A DNA stretch of 64,000 bases from the human T2T-CHM13v2.0 reference genome, Homo sapiens. Where the stretch lies: assembly GCF_009914755.1 (NCBI RefSeq), contig NC_060933.1; one strand, 5' to 3'. A program made the translations under genes and the position numbers. This document shows, in pieces, positions 52,011 through 64,000 of this stretch (position 1 is the stretch's first letter; every line of letters begins with the position of its first letter). Under the pieces are notes generated by a model. It did not search any database, was not told the DNA's origin, and was given only the letters and a program-made list of their open reading frames with translations.

Positions 52011-52877
52011 AAGACTAACTTGCAAGCCACATGAGGGGAATTCAACTTCACCTTAATTCAAAATCACCAGAGTAATTAACAAATATTTAAAGAATTTTTC
52101 AATGGTTATAGAATTCTGGGTTGATAGGTTTTTAAGAATTCTTTTATGACTTCAAAAGTGTCACTTCGTTTCTTGCTTGCATGGTTTCTGATATGAAGTC
52201 AGCTCCCATTCTTAACCTTGTTTCTTGTTTGATAATGTCTTTTTGCCTCTAGCTTCCTCAAGATGTTTCTCTTTTGAGAAAAATGAGAGATTTTCAGTTT
52301 TTGTGTTGATTTCTCTTTGTCTCTGGTTTTCAGCTATTTGAACACATTCCATATCACTTTAAGATTTCTTCATCGGTGGTCACTGGACACATGTGTCACA
52401 ATTAACAAAGGGGAACACATTCTCCAAATGTGTTCTGTTTCCCCAGGAAGACAGCTGGAAATGCAACAAAATGCCTCTCCCTCTCCTTTAGCAAAACACG
52501 AGTCAGGGCAATGCAAGATTTGATTGGGACTGCTTTACTTCATTAACTATTACAGTGCGCTGTTTTTCTTTCTAGTAACAACCCAGTAATAGTTATTAAA
52601 TTATTTGGAGCTAAATAAGTGTAATGGTAATTTTCATTTAAAGTTTGCTATATGGTAGCTTAGAGCATCTTACCTGTACACAGTTCCAAACGCAGAAAAC
52701 CTAAATGAAATTAACATATATGTATCATTACAGGTTCTCAAAACCTCATAAATGGCTCTATTTTACATCTCTGAGCTCTTATATGATGTTTCCTTTAACT
52801 ATGTCACAAGACCTAAGACTATGGTTTGAAATATATACCTACTATAAAAAAGTAAGCCTTCCTGCTGGTGTCAATAG

Positions 52878-53200
<323 letters not shown>

Positions 53201-53324
53201 AACCCTGTTTTTAAATGCATATTTGCATTCATAATAACCCGTGAATACATACATCTATTGATCTATGTATTCATGCATCTCTATATGTAAATGTCTGTCC
53301 AAAATGCCACTATATATATATATT

Positions 53325-53715
53325 TATATATTAAACTTTTATTTTAAGTTTGGGTTACATGTGCAGGTTTGTTATATAGGTAAACGCGTGTCATAGGGGT
53401 TTGTTGTACAGATTATTTCATCACTCAGGTATTAAGCCTAGTAACCAATAGTTATTTTTTGTACCCCTTTCCCTCCTCCCACCCTCCACTCTCAGGTAGG
53501 CCCCAGTGTATGTCGTTCCCCTCTATGTATCCATGTGTTCTCATCGTTTAACTCCCACTTGTAGGTGAGAAGATGCGGTATTTTGTTTTCAGTTCCTGTG
53601 TTAGTTTGCTAAGGATAATGGCCTCCAGCTTCATCATGTTCCTGAAAAGGACATGATCTCATTCTTTTTTACAGTTGCATAGTATTCCACTATTCCACGG
53701 TGTATATGTACCACA
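53325..53715 (-). mobile_element. L1PA/PB 3' end
   Basis: TACATGTGCAGGTTTGTTATATAGGTAAAC...GGATAATGGCCTCCAGCT. Confidence 0.88.
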
Positions 53716-54672
53716 ATATGTTCAATTTTAGTTTATTACAACTTATATGCAACATACAATGGCAAGATGAATCAGATCAGAAGATAAACAATTGAGTGTG
53801 AAAAGACAGCAGTTTTTTTCCTGTTTTATTCTCTGCAGATGTAATTTTCAACGAGAATACATTTTATTGCATTAGTAGTGCTTTTAGAAGAGACATCAAT
53901 ATGATGCCCAGGCTGGTCTTGAACTCCTGGTCTTAAGTGATGCTCCCTCCTAAGCTTCCCAAAGTGGTAAGTTGTACTTCCTGAGGGCATAGAAAAGAGA
54001 CATAGAAGCAAGTGAAATTGGTATTACCCTTTTTTCTGTTATTCTTTATTAGTAAAACAAATTAGGTTTTTCTTTCCTTGGTTTTCATGTGTCCAAGCTC
54101 CTTTCTCTTTCATTTCACATGTGCACAAATATAATAACATACACTTTTGAACATCAAAAGTTGAATGATGAAAGATCATTCGTTAGCCCAAATCAACCTG
54201 CACATGACTTTTTTTTTATTCCTCTGAGAGTTAGCCTGTGGAAAGGTGGCAGGGTTTCATTGCATTATCCCCTGCAGATGGAAAGGTCAATGACAACATG
54301 TGTAATTGCTTCAGTCCTGATTTTCTACCTACACTTACTGCTGTGGGGTTGTTTCACCTGACCAAGGCAGTTTCTGTGGCAGCAGGTCCTAGCTGTCTCG
54401 ACCAGGTCCACTGACAAAGCCACTTTGCTGAGTGGCCAATTTGCTGATGACTATTTTGTTAAATTTGTTTCTGCTAACTATTTAAGGTTGACTAATTTTC
54501 TTGTGTCATAGTCTCAGCAAATGTGAAGGGATGGCTGGTCTATCTCTGACCTGGCTTTCTGCTTTGACAGATGGAAGCTAAAAGAAAAAAGGAAAAACTG
54601 ATGGTGCAAAAGATAAACATATTTATATGAGTTTATTCTTGAATAAAATGATTTATTTTTAAAATATATTCT

Positions 54673-55049
54673 TGATATGATTTGGCTGTGTCCCCACCCA
54701 AATCTCATCTTAACTTGTAGTTCCCATAATCCCCATGTGTTGTGGGAAGGACCCAGTGGGAGGTAATTGAATCATGGGGGCGGTTACTTCCATGCTGCTG
54801 TTCTCATAATAGTGAGTGAGTTCTCGCGAGAACTGATGGTTTTATAAGGGGCTTTTCCCCCGTTTGCTCAGCACTTCTCCTTTCTGCCATCATGTGAAGA
54901 AGGACATGTTTGCTTCCCCTTCTGCCATGATTTTAAGTTTCCTGAGGCCTCCCCAGCCATGCTGAACTGTGAGTCAATTAAAACTCCCTTTTACAAATTA
55001 CCGAGTCTCGAGTATGCCTTTATTAGCAGCGTGAGAACGGACTAATACG
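54673..55049 (+). mobile_element. THE1 (MaLR) solo LTR
   Basis: TGATATGATTTGGCTGTGTCCCCACCCAAATCTC...GGACTAATACG; perfect 5-bp TSD ATTCT. Confidence 0.94.
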
Positions 55050-56184
55050 ATTCTTCCGATGAATATATTCTTCTCATTGATAAATGCTTGATGTAAATGC
55101 TTAATTTTTCCTCTAGGTGCCTTCAAGATTTTTCTCATTGTCTGTGGTTTTCAGCAATTTGGATACCTTACATATCGTTTTTATGAATCTTCCACAGAGA
55201 TCAGTGGACACATGTGGCACAAAGAACATGTGAATTAAGAATGCACTCCTGAATAATATATTTTACATATATGTTATTGAGCATATTCTTAAATATAAAT
55301 AATTTCTTGTGAATATATTTTGATTAATAAAAATATATTAATAAATGTTAACTCATGCATATTCTTCTTACTCAAAAATATGTTCTTATATTAATTACTC
55401 CCTCTCTCTTCCTCCTAGTCTCCAAAGGTAACATCAGGGGCTAGAACAGAGACACAGAAATGTTCCTTAAAATGTCAAAATGAAATATTGTCTATTAAAA
55501 CAGAAGAATTAAAATAAACAAGAGAAGTTAGGTATTGGTCATCTGATATTTGTAACCTGCAGCTTTCCCAGGAAACTTGGTTGGACCCTTTTCTTGGTTC
55601 AGCTGTCAGAAGCTAAATGTTCCCTTCCTCTCTCTCTTTGCAGTCTGTTCATGACATTTGGTATTCCTAATATGCCCACTTGGAGGAAATTGCCAGCTTA
55701 GGCCAACCAGGGTGAAATGCATGCACTTATAAACTCATAAGCCCAATAATAATTTTCAGAAGGAGGCACTCATTCACTTCGGCTTATAAACTTGCAAATC
55801 TGTAGATTCATTAGTCTATCACTTACATGGAAAGACAAAATTTATATTTAATTGTTGAGACTTGACTTCAAAATTTTCAAGAATATCAACATTTGTTTTT
55901 GTTGTGCACCTCTCTGTCAAAAGATAAATACGTAGTACATAATCATTATTATTTATTAATAATATACTCTGCATGGTCTTACATTTCACAGTTCATGCAT
56001 TGTTTATTCATTAATATAACCTGTTAACGTTAATATGCACCACATTACCGAGAGCCCTTGTCAACTCCTCAGAAGCAACTAACTCCCAAGGTAACTATGA
56101 CAACGAATCTCTTAATGCTTAAAGTGTAACAAAAAGATTGTGTGATTTGGATGTTAATTCAAATATTTCCTATACAGCCCCATA

Positions 56185-56940
56185 CAGCCACTTTAGAAGG
56201 GAAGTGGTTTCTCACAAAACTAAGTATATTGTCACCATAAGATCCAGTAATTGTGTCTTGGCATTTAACCAAAGGTATGGAAAACTGAGGTCAACACAAA
56301 AATCTGCACATTGATGTTTATAGGAGTTTTATTCATAATTGCCCAAAGGTGGAAGCAACTTCAGTAAGTGAATGGATAAACAAACTCTGGTACACTCATA
56401 CAATAGAATGTTATTAAGTGATAAAAAGGTACACACTATTTAAGTATGAGTAGACATGGAAAAAAAAAACCTTAAATGCCCATCGCTAAGTGAAAGAAGC
56501 CGATCTGAAAAGAGTACATACTGTGTAAGCCGAACTATATGACATTCTTTAAAAGGCAGAACGATGAAGACAATGAAAAGCACAGTTGTTGCCAGGGATT
56601 TGCAGGGAGAAGGAGGGATGAATAGGTGGAACACAGGGGATTTTTAGGGCAGTGAAACCATTCTGTAAAATGTCATGGTGGATATATGACATTACACATT
56701 TTCCAAACCCATAGAATGTACAACACAAACAGTACACCTTAATGAAACTGTTGATTTTAGTTAATAATAATAATGTATCAATATTGGCTCATTAATTGTA
56801 ACAAATACACCAGACGAATGCAAGATATCTTAATAATAGGTATGATGAGCTAGGGAGGGTTTAAGGAACTCTCTGTATTGTCTGCTCAATTTTCTTGTAA
56901 ATGTAAAACTGCCTCCAAAAATAATGTCTTTTTATTAAAG
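56185..56940 (+). mobile_element. L1MC 3' end
   Basis: GGCAGTGAAACCATTCTGT...CAAAACCCATAGAATGTACAACAC. Confidence 0.82.
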
Positions 56941-58316
56941 GAAAACATGCTGCTACCACTATGTGCTTAGTGTCCTATGCATTTCAAGTCTGGGTGGTAT
57001 GTCTAGCAGAAATATATTAACATGTCCCAGGCTGATGGTATTGAATAAAGGATTTAGATGGCCATAAAAAATGGATTTTGTATAATGGATTTCTGAGTTG
57101 ATAAGAAAGCAGTATGAGTATATCACCATAATACAAAACTTAGTGATTTGAAATAAGGCAAACATATCATCCATTTTGCCAGTGTAATGATAACACACAC
57201 ACTGTATAAACAGATATTGGAACATCAGTTTGTCACTGGTTGTTCAGGATGTAGAATATACATCAACTTAAATTTTCACATTTAGTAAAGCTCTAGCTTC
57301 CTCTTATGCTAGCTCCATAAATAAGACAAATTTTTTCTTTCATCCTCTCTGATGGCCAATGCCGGCCTAAACTCTTGCCTGTTAGGAATTAGTACACATC
57401 TCCTAGCTCAGAGACACCTACACGAGTGACTCTTGGCCAGTGGAACCTGGTTCACTGTGCCCTCCAGTGTGGGGCCAGGCATTGTTCCTCTCCCTTGCTT
57501 GGCATCCCAGTCTTGTGGGCCCTCTTTCAGTTGTTCATTCACTCCCTGCTTCCTCTCTTCACAAAAACTACTCTGTTGACCTTGGTTTAGAATTCTCTAC
57601 CCACCCTCCACCCACCTCTTTATGCTGATCCTGTCCTTGTCCTGTCTTGCAAGGCTCAACAGTTAAGTCTCAGGGCAGCCTTCCCTCACCCTTCAGTCCT
57701 GCCGCTTTATATAACCATCCTGTAGACTCCTGCTATTTTCCATCAGCCTGAGAGCCTCAGTTCCCTGGTGTGATAATGTGACTAAAGTCAGCCTCACCTA
57801 ATTAAACAGGGAGCCCCCAGAAAGCAGGGCTCACTGTCATTCGGCAGTACCTGCCCTGAGTCTGGCCCATCCTTGCTGCAGCTCAGGAGAACTCAGCAGC
57901 CCAGGACAGCACCTTCGTAGGGCTCAGCAATACAGCTGGAACTAAGGGAGGGAGGAAAAGAAAGAGGCAGAGAATAAATGAATCAACTTAGCCAGAATTT
58001 TACAGTCAGAAGATCTACAAAGAAGTGGGTTTAGTTTCAGGATATATTTGCTTTTAAAGACAAAATGACATTTTAATGCTGTTATTAGTGGTAGGGAATG
58101 GGTGACATGTCCATGTGTTGGTGCTTGAGGTCACTAAACAACTTAACATAGCTCTGAGTAGAGGTTTCAAAGAGAGTTTTCGATGAAATGATTTGTTTTA
58201 CAAAATAGGGCACATTATCTCCTGTTTTGTTGTGGAAACAAAACCCATAGAATAATTTCCCTTTTAAGCAATTCTTCTTTGTTTCTACTGAGGGAAGCTG
58301 AACTAGGAATACACCG

Positions 58317-59149
<833 letters not shown>

Positions 59150-60945
59150 TTTTGACTAGTTTCCTTAAGTATTTAAATTATTATGATTTGCAAAATAACC
59201 TTGAAAGTCATTCAGTCAGAATGGCTTTGAAATAAAATCATCATATGTTAAAGTAAGAAATTATATCCTACCTAATAAGGACAATAGATACATTAAAATA
59301 GTCTCATCAAGTATTTGTCTTTAGTTAGTAGTTATTTCTCCAAGAAAGTATTAACTTCAATTTTGAACAAAGTTTTCTTTCTTTTTCTGGCAGTATCAGC
59401 CTTTTGCCAAGCTGAACACAAGGGGATGAAAAGAAAATCTGGGATCGAATGTGCAATTTCATATTTTATGTTAAGGCAATTTACAACATATCATAAAGCT
59501 GCATTAATAAACAGATGTTTCACAGTCTGCAGAATATAAAATAAATGTCTTGAATAAGCTACCAAGACCAAGGCACTTTTTGGAGCAGATATTTTTGTCT
59601 TAAAGTTTTATCTCATGCAAACACTGTATATAACACAAACTTATATAATCAATGCTTTTAGCAAAATGTCATAGTAGAACCAAAGCCCAATTGTTAGCTG
59701 AAATCTATATAAATATAGGTATGTAGAATAGTTAGGAAATATAAATATTAGCATATGCTCTTTATTGTTGATGATATCAAGAATTCTTTTATGAACTCAG
59801 AAAAGTTTTTTCTCTTTATATTCAAAATGAATTTTTCTAATTACTTTCTTTTTCACAGGGTTCTCCCTGTCTGCAAATTATAACCATTACAGCTATTTCT
59901 TTCAAGTAAATATCTCCTTTGAATCAGTCTTAGTTTCTCCAACACCTAGACAATGCCTGGCACATGTAAAGGCATTCAGAATACAAGTAAATGCATGCAT
60001 AAAATGAATAAATATATTTACAAGATATTTATAGACATGTCATAGGAATGTGGGGGCCAAGAAGAGGGATTCTAGCTTTTGGGTAGATACAATTGCAGAT
60101 AATAACAATAACTTACAAGGTGCCTAAAATATCAAGTTACCGTTCTAAATGTGTTAGATCTATTGGTTCATATAGTGCTTGCAAAAGCCCTTGAAGTATA
60201 GTTTTATTATACTTACCATTATATAAATAGAGAAACTAAGGCAGGGAGAGGTTATGTTGTTCCAGGTTCACGTGACAATTCAATGGCAGAGCTTGATTCA
60301 AATTTCATACTTTTAACTTACGTACAATTTTGTCTACCATCAAGACATTCTTCTTGCTGAATGGAACAAGGCCCTCAAAGGGAATTTATGGAGTACTATT
60401 ACACATAAATAACTCTGCATATAAGTAATTCTTCTGTGGAATGATTTCATCTTATATTCTCAGAGAATGACACATTTTATGTCAAATAAATACAGGAGAA
60501 AGAAAATGATTTTATAAATGTTACTAACACTATCCTAACAAATGGAAGAGATATGATAAACTTTACATTCTAATTTGAAATTTATGAAAATGATAAACAA
60601 AACACTGTTTTGAGTAGACTCTATCTCTTATTTTTGTGAGGCCAAAATATCTAATACATTTATTTTATGAAATAAATGCTTAGGGATTATTTTATTTGTT
60701 GTTGTAAGGAATTATGCCTACTGAAATGGACAAAGCATTGTGATTAGTGTTGGGTCTTTTGGCTCAGACTCACCTAAAGGGAACAAAGAGGAACAACCAG
60801 ATGGTGAAACGGAGGTTCCTCCATCCTCTGATAGCTTGACTACCATTGCATTTTAGTAAATCCTTAAATCGTATACTATGCTTATGACAACTTAATTTTT
60901 TTTGTAATTGATGATGGAGTTGATAAGTTCTTGTATACCCTTGCT

Positions 60946-61469
60946 TGTTAGATCAGGAGAGACTCAGGACAGACATCAGGAAGAATTTTCTAGCTGGGGT
61001 GTTGTTAATCACTTGCCCACAGTAAAAAAAAAGCCTGCAGAGCAGTCTTTTTTTGATGAGAGTTAAGGCAATAAGACAATTAATAGTCTAACCCAGTAAC
61101 AGCTGAATTGGCCAGATATCCTTTAAGGCTTCTCAGAAGCCTCCTCAGCACATGAACTTGAGCTCTTACATAATTTTCTCATTCATAGTGACTGCATTGT
61201 GCTTGCAATCTCATGTCCTATTATTTAAGGTACTTAGTGAATCACTGCATACATGACCTTAGGTCTTGCCATTATTTTGTAATCCCTGTACTGGAAGAAG
61301 AGAGACATTCTGACTGGCATTAACTCAACATTTTGTGTGATGAACTATTACATGTGGCTCAGAATGCATTTTTGTTTGCTATACAGAAATGATCTGTTAA
61401 TTATATGTGATAAACAATACTGCTAAAAATCTCAGAATTAATCAAACTTACCATCAATTAATTTCAAAT
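60946..61469 (+). repeat. Local duplication copy B (Alu-free)
   Basis: TGTTAGATCAGGAGAGA...CCATCAATTAATTTCAAAT, matching 58317-59149. Confidence 0.95.
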
Positions 61470-62700
61470 GTTCACTAATTATTAGCGAGAGAGGAGTGTT
61501 GAATTATCTAATCATAATTGTACATTTGTTGATTTCTTCTTTTAGTTCAATTAATGTTTGCCTTTTGCCAAATTTGGGTAATTTTTCCTGTTAGGTTTTC
61601 AAAATTCTTTCAGCACTGCGCTCCTTTTCATTTTCTCCTTCTGAGACTCAGATGACATGTATGTTGGAACTTTAGTTATTGTTCCTCAAGTCTCTAAGGC
61701 TCTAATCGAGACTTTTTCATCTTTCTTTCTCTCTATTGTTCAGATTAGATAATTCCTGTTGATTTATATTCACGATAACAGATTCTTACCTCTTTAGTTT
61801 TACTGTAATAAAAAGCTTACTTAGAATTTTGTATGTCAGTTATTGGATTTTTTGGTCCTAATATATTCATTTTGTTCCTTTTTACATCTTCTATTTATTT
61901 TCTGATACTTCTAGTTTTCCATTGGTATACAAGTGTTTGTGACCGGGCATGGTGGCTCACGCCTGTAATCCCAACACTTTGGGAGGCCGAGGCGGGCAGA
62001 TCATGAGGTCAAGAGATCAAGACCATCTGGCCAACATGGTGAAACCCCTTCTCTACTAAAAATACAAAAATTAGCTGGACGTGGTGGCGCATGCTTGTAG
62101 TTCCAGCTCATTGGTAGGCTGAGGCAGGAGAATCGTTTGAACCCGGCAGGCCGAGGTTGCAGTGAGCCTAGATTGCGCCACTGCACTGTTGCCTGGGTGA
62201 CAGTGTGAGACTCCGTCCCAAGGAAAAAAAAAAGTGCTTGCGACCACTTGTTGGAACATTTTTATAAAAGCTGCTTTAAAATCCTTGTGATGTAATTCAA
62301 ATTTATTTTTCTTCTCAGTATTGGTAGCTACTTAGTACTGACTGTCTTTTCTCATGTGGGGTGCAGTTTATCTGTTTTTTTGTAATTTTGGATTGTGTCA
62401 TGCACATTCAGTTTTGAGGCTCTGGGTCCTCACAAAATATTAGGCGGATGGATGCTGTTTTTGTTTTAGAAGCAATTGACCTTGTCATATTCAAGCTGCA
62501 AGTTCCAATCTGTGTTTTGTGAGCTGTGGTTCCAACAATCAGTTGAGTTTTCAAAGCCTTTCCAGTTTTCTTCAGATGTGTCCTGGTGGTCAGTGTGGAA
62601 GTCGGATGATAATCTGCTAGTTTCGTTCTCAAAATCTTTGGTTAACTAATTAGGAGCCGATCCACACACATGCAGCTTGGGGATGCGCTCAGTTCATTAA
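61470..62700 (-). mobile_element. Old L1 (L1ME-like) fragments
   Basis: GAGAGAGGAGTGTTGAA...; TTCTCCTTCTGAGACTCAGATGACATGTATGTTGG. Confidence 0.65.
61941..62233 (+). mobile_element. AluS
   Basis: Full Alu; TSD AAGTG(T/C)TTG(T/C). Confidence 0.93.
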
Positions 62701-63784
62701 AAACTTTATGGTGTCACTTTCTCATACTCCTTCCTCTCCACAATGTCTCCAATATTTTCTGGTTCCCTGGAGCTCCTCTTTTCTGTTTTCTGGCCAGAAT
62801 GCTGGGTCTTTGATTACGGTACTCTGCTACAGTGTTTCATGGCTGCACCCATGTTTGGAGCCGACAGGTGGCAAAATGAGAAAAGACTTTAAAAAGTTTG
62901 CATCACCCTCTTGGGATCACTACTGCACCAACTGGAGAGGAAGATGCCCTGGCCTGAGGGTTTTGTTTCTCCTAGGCACTGTCTGCTGCTGCCACCACAG
63001 GAATTCTTGGGGGCCAGATCACAAGGGCTCAGAGAAAACAAACAACAACAAAACGGAGGGATTTCTGCATTCTCTCGGAGTAATAGGTGTCCTCTTTCCT
63101 GCCCAAACTTGTAGGGCTTATCCTTGATCTCAGCAATTGCTGAGAAACTGTTCCACCCTTTACATGGAAAACAGACTTTCTTGTTTGCCTCATCCCTACC
63201 AGTGTCTTTCTCTCTACACCTAAGTTCAATTACCAGCTGCCCTTTATCATTGAACTTGATGCTTTCTTCTCATAGTAGAATTAAGAGGAAAGTAAAATAT
63301 TTTTTGTACCTATATCTTTATTATATTTAGACAAATCACAGAGTGAGAGAGTAGGGGTTTCAAGAACAATAGGAGAGAGACAGAGAACAGAGAAAGAACT
63401 GCTTGTGGAAATGCAGAATATCCCACATTTTCAATGTGGAAAGTGTATGAGGGTCTGAAAGAAAATAATCAGTTTTTTTTTGTCCTGTAATAGGCAGCAT
63501 TGACAAATGTGTACCAGAGTTTGGGTACATTTGAGCCAGTTCTTCAGAATCGTGGGGTGGGAAATAGAAGAAAATTATTTACACCTAACTCTAGGCAGAT
63601 AAGTGTGCTTCAAGGAAAGGCAAGGGCCTGGCTAGATTCTAGATGTTTTTAAACTGGAGGCCAGAGACAGCTTTAGGGAGTCTATATACAGGCACAAATT
63701 TATTTCTTTTATATTATTCTTGCTCTTTGAAAACGGTCTTTATGCAAATACACACTATATAACCAAAGTTTCTCTTTGTTCCAG

Positions 63785-63899
63785 GCAGCAGTAGGGCTGA
63801 TTGGAGCCATTGTACAGTGTCGGGAACATACCAGCACACTGAGAATAGCATCATGTCATAAGGACCCAGAGCAGGTGGACCCTGCTGTGATGCACAAAG
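63785..63899 (+). ncRNA. Candidate internal exon (115 nt) of a spliced lncRNA
   Basis: Strong acceptor TTTCTCTTTGTTCCAG|G with an upstream TAAC branch-like motif; donor AAG|GTGAGG at 63900 (weaker alternative CAG|GTGGAC at 63875). Confidence 0.55.
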
Positions 63900-64000
63900 G
63901 TGAGGGTGCAGCTGCCCAGGACACACTCATGCATGTTTGTGTGGACCATGGAAGATGGCAGGGGAAGAGCTGTCAGGTTGCTGGGGCAGAGGGTGCGCAT

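Larger units (their letters stand above)
50785..52090 (-). mobile_element. L1MC 3' UTR fragment interrupted by two Alus
   Basis: AATTTTAGATTTACATAGAGTTGCAAAGAT...AAGAAATTAACATTGTACAATACTATTA. Confidence 0.75.

Overview
Primate (most likely human or great ape) genomic DNA, dominated by interspersed repeats: AluJ/S/Y, L1PA/L1MA/L1MB-ME fragments, MaLR LTR elements (THE1, MST, MLT1), two MER52-type ERV1 solo LTRs with intact 4-bp TSDs, an ERVL-class pol remnant, Tigger1, MER2, MIR and L2. I find no credible protein-coding gene; the ORF track is explained by repeats or GC-rich sequence. The non-repeat signal is two CpG-island promoters (~2.05-2.76 kb and ~19.8-20.7 kb) and well-formed + strand internal exons (33509-33744 and 63785-63899). 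Together these suggest a long spliced non-coding transcript running out of the window. From memory this resembles the pericentromeric FAM182-type segmental-duplication lncRNA loci, which is unverified. I do not see a new biological system. The most unusual directly visible features are several local templated-insertion and fold-back scars: a 22-bp copy from 2.5 kb away, a ~520-bp copy inserted into an old L1, and hairpin-forming rearrangements inside an LTR and an L1. There are also twin AluY elements sharing non-consensus variants and complementary (AC)16/(GT)28 tracts flanking an exon. Repeat subfamily names and most boundaries are by eye and approximate.
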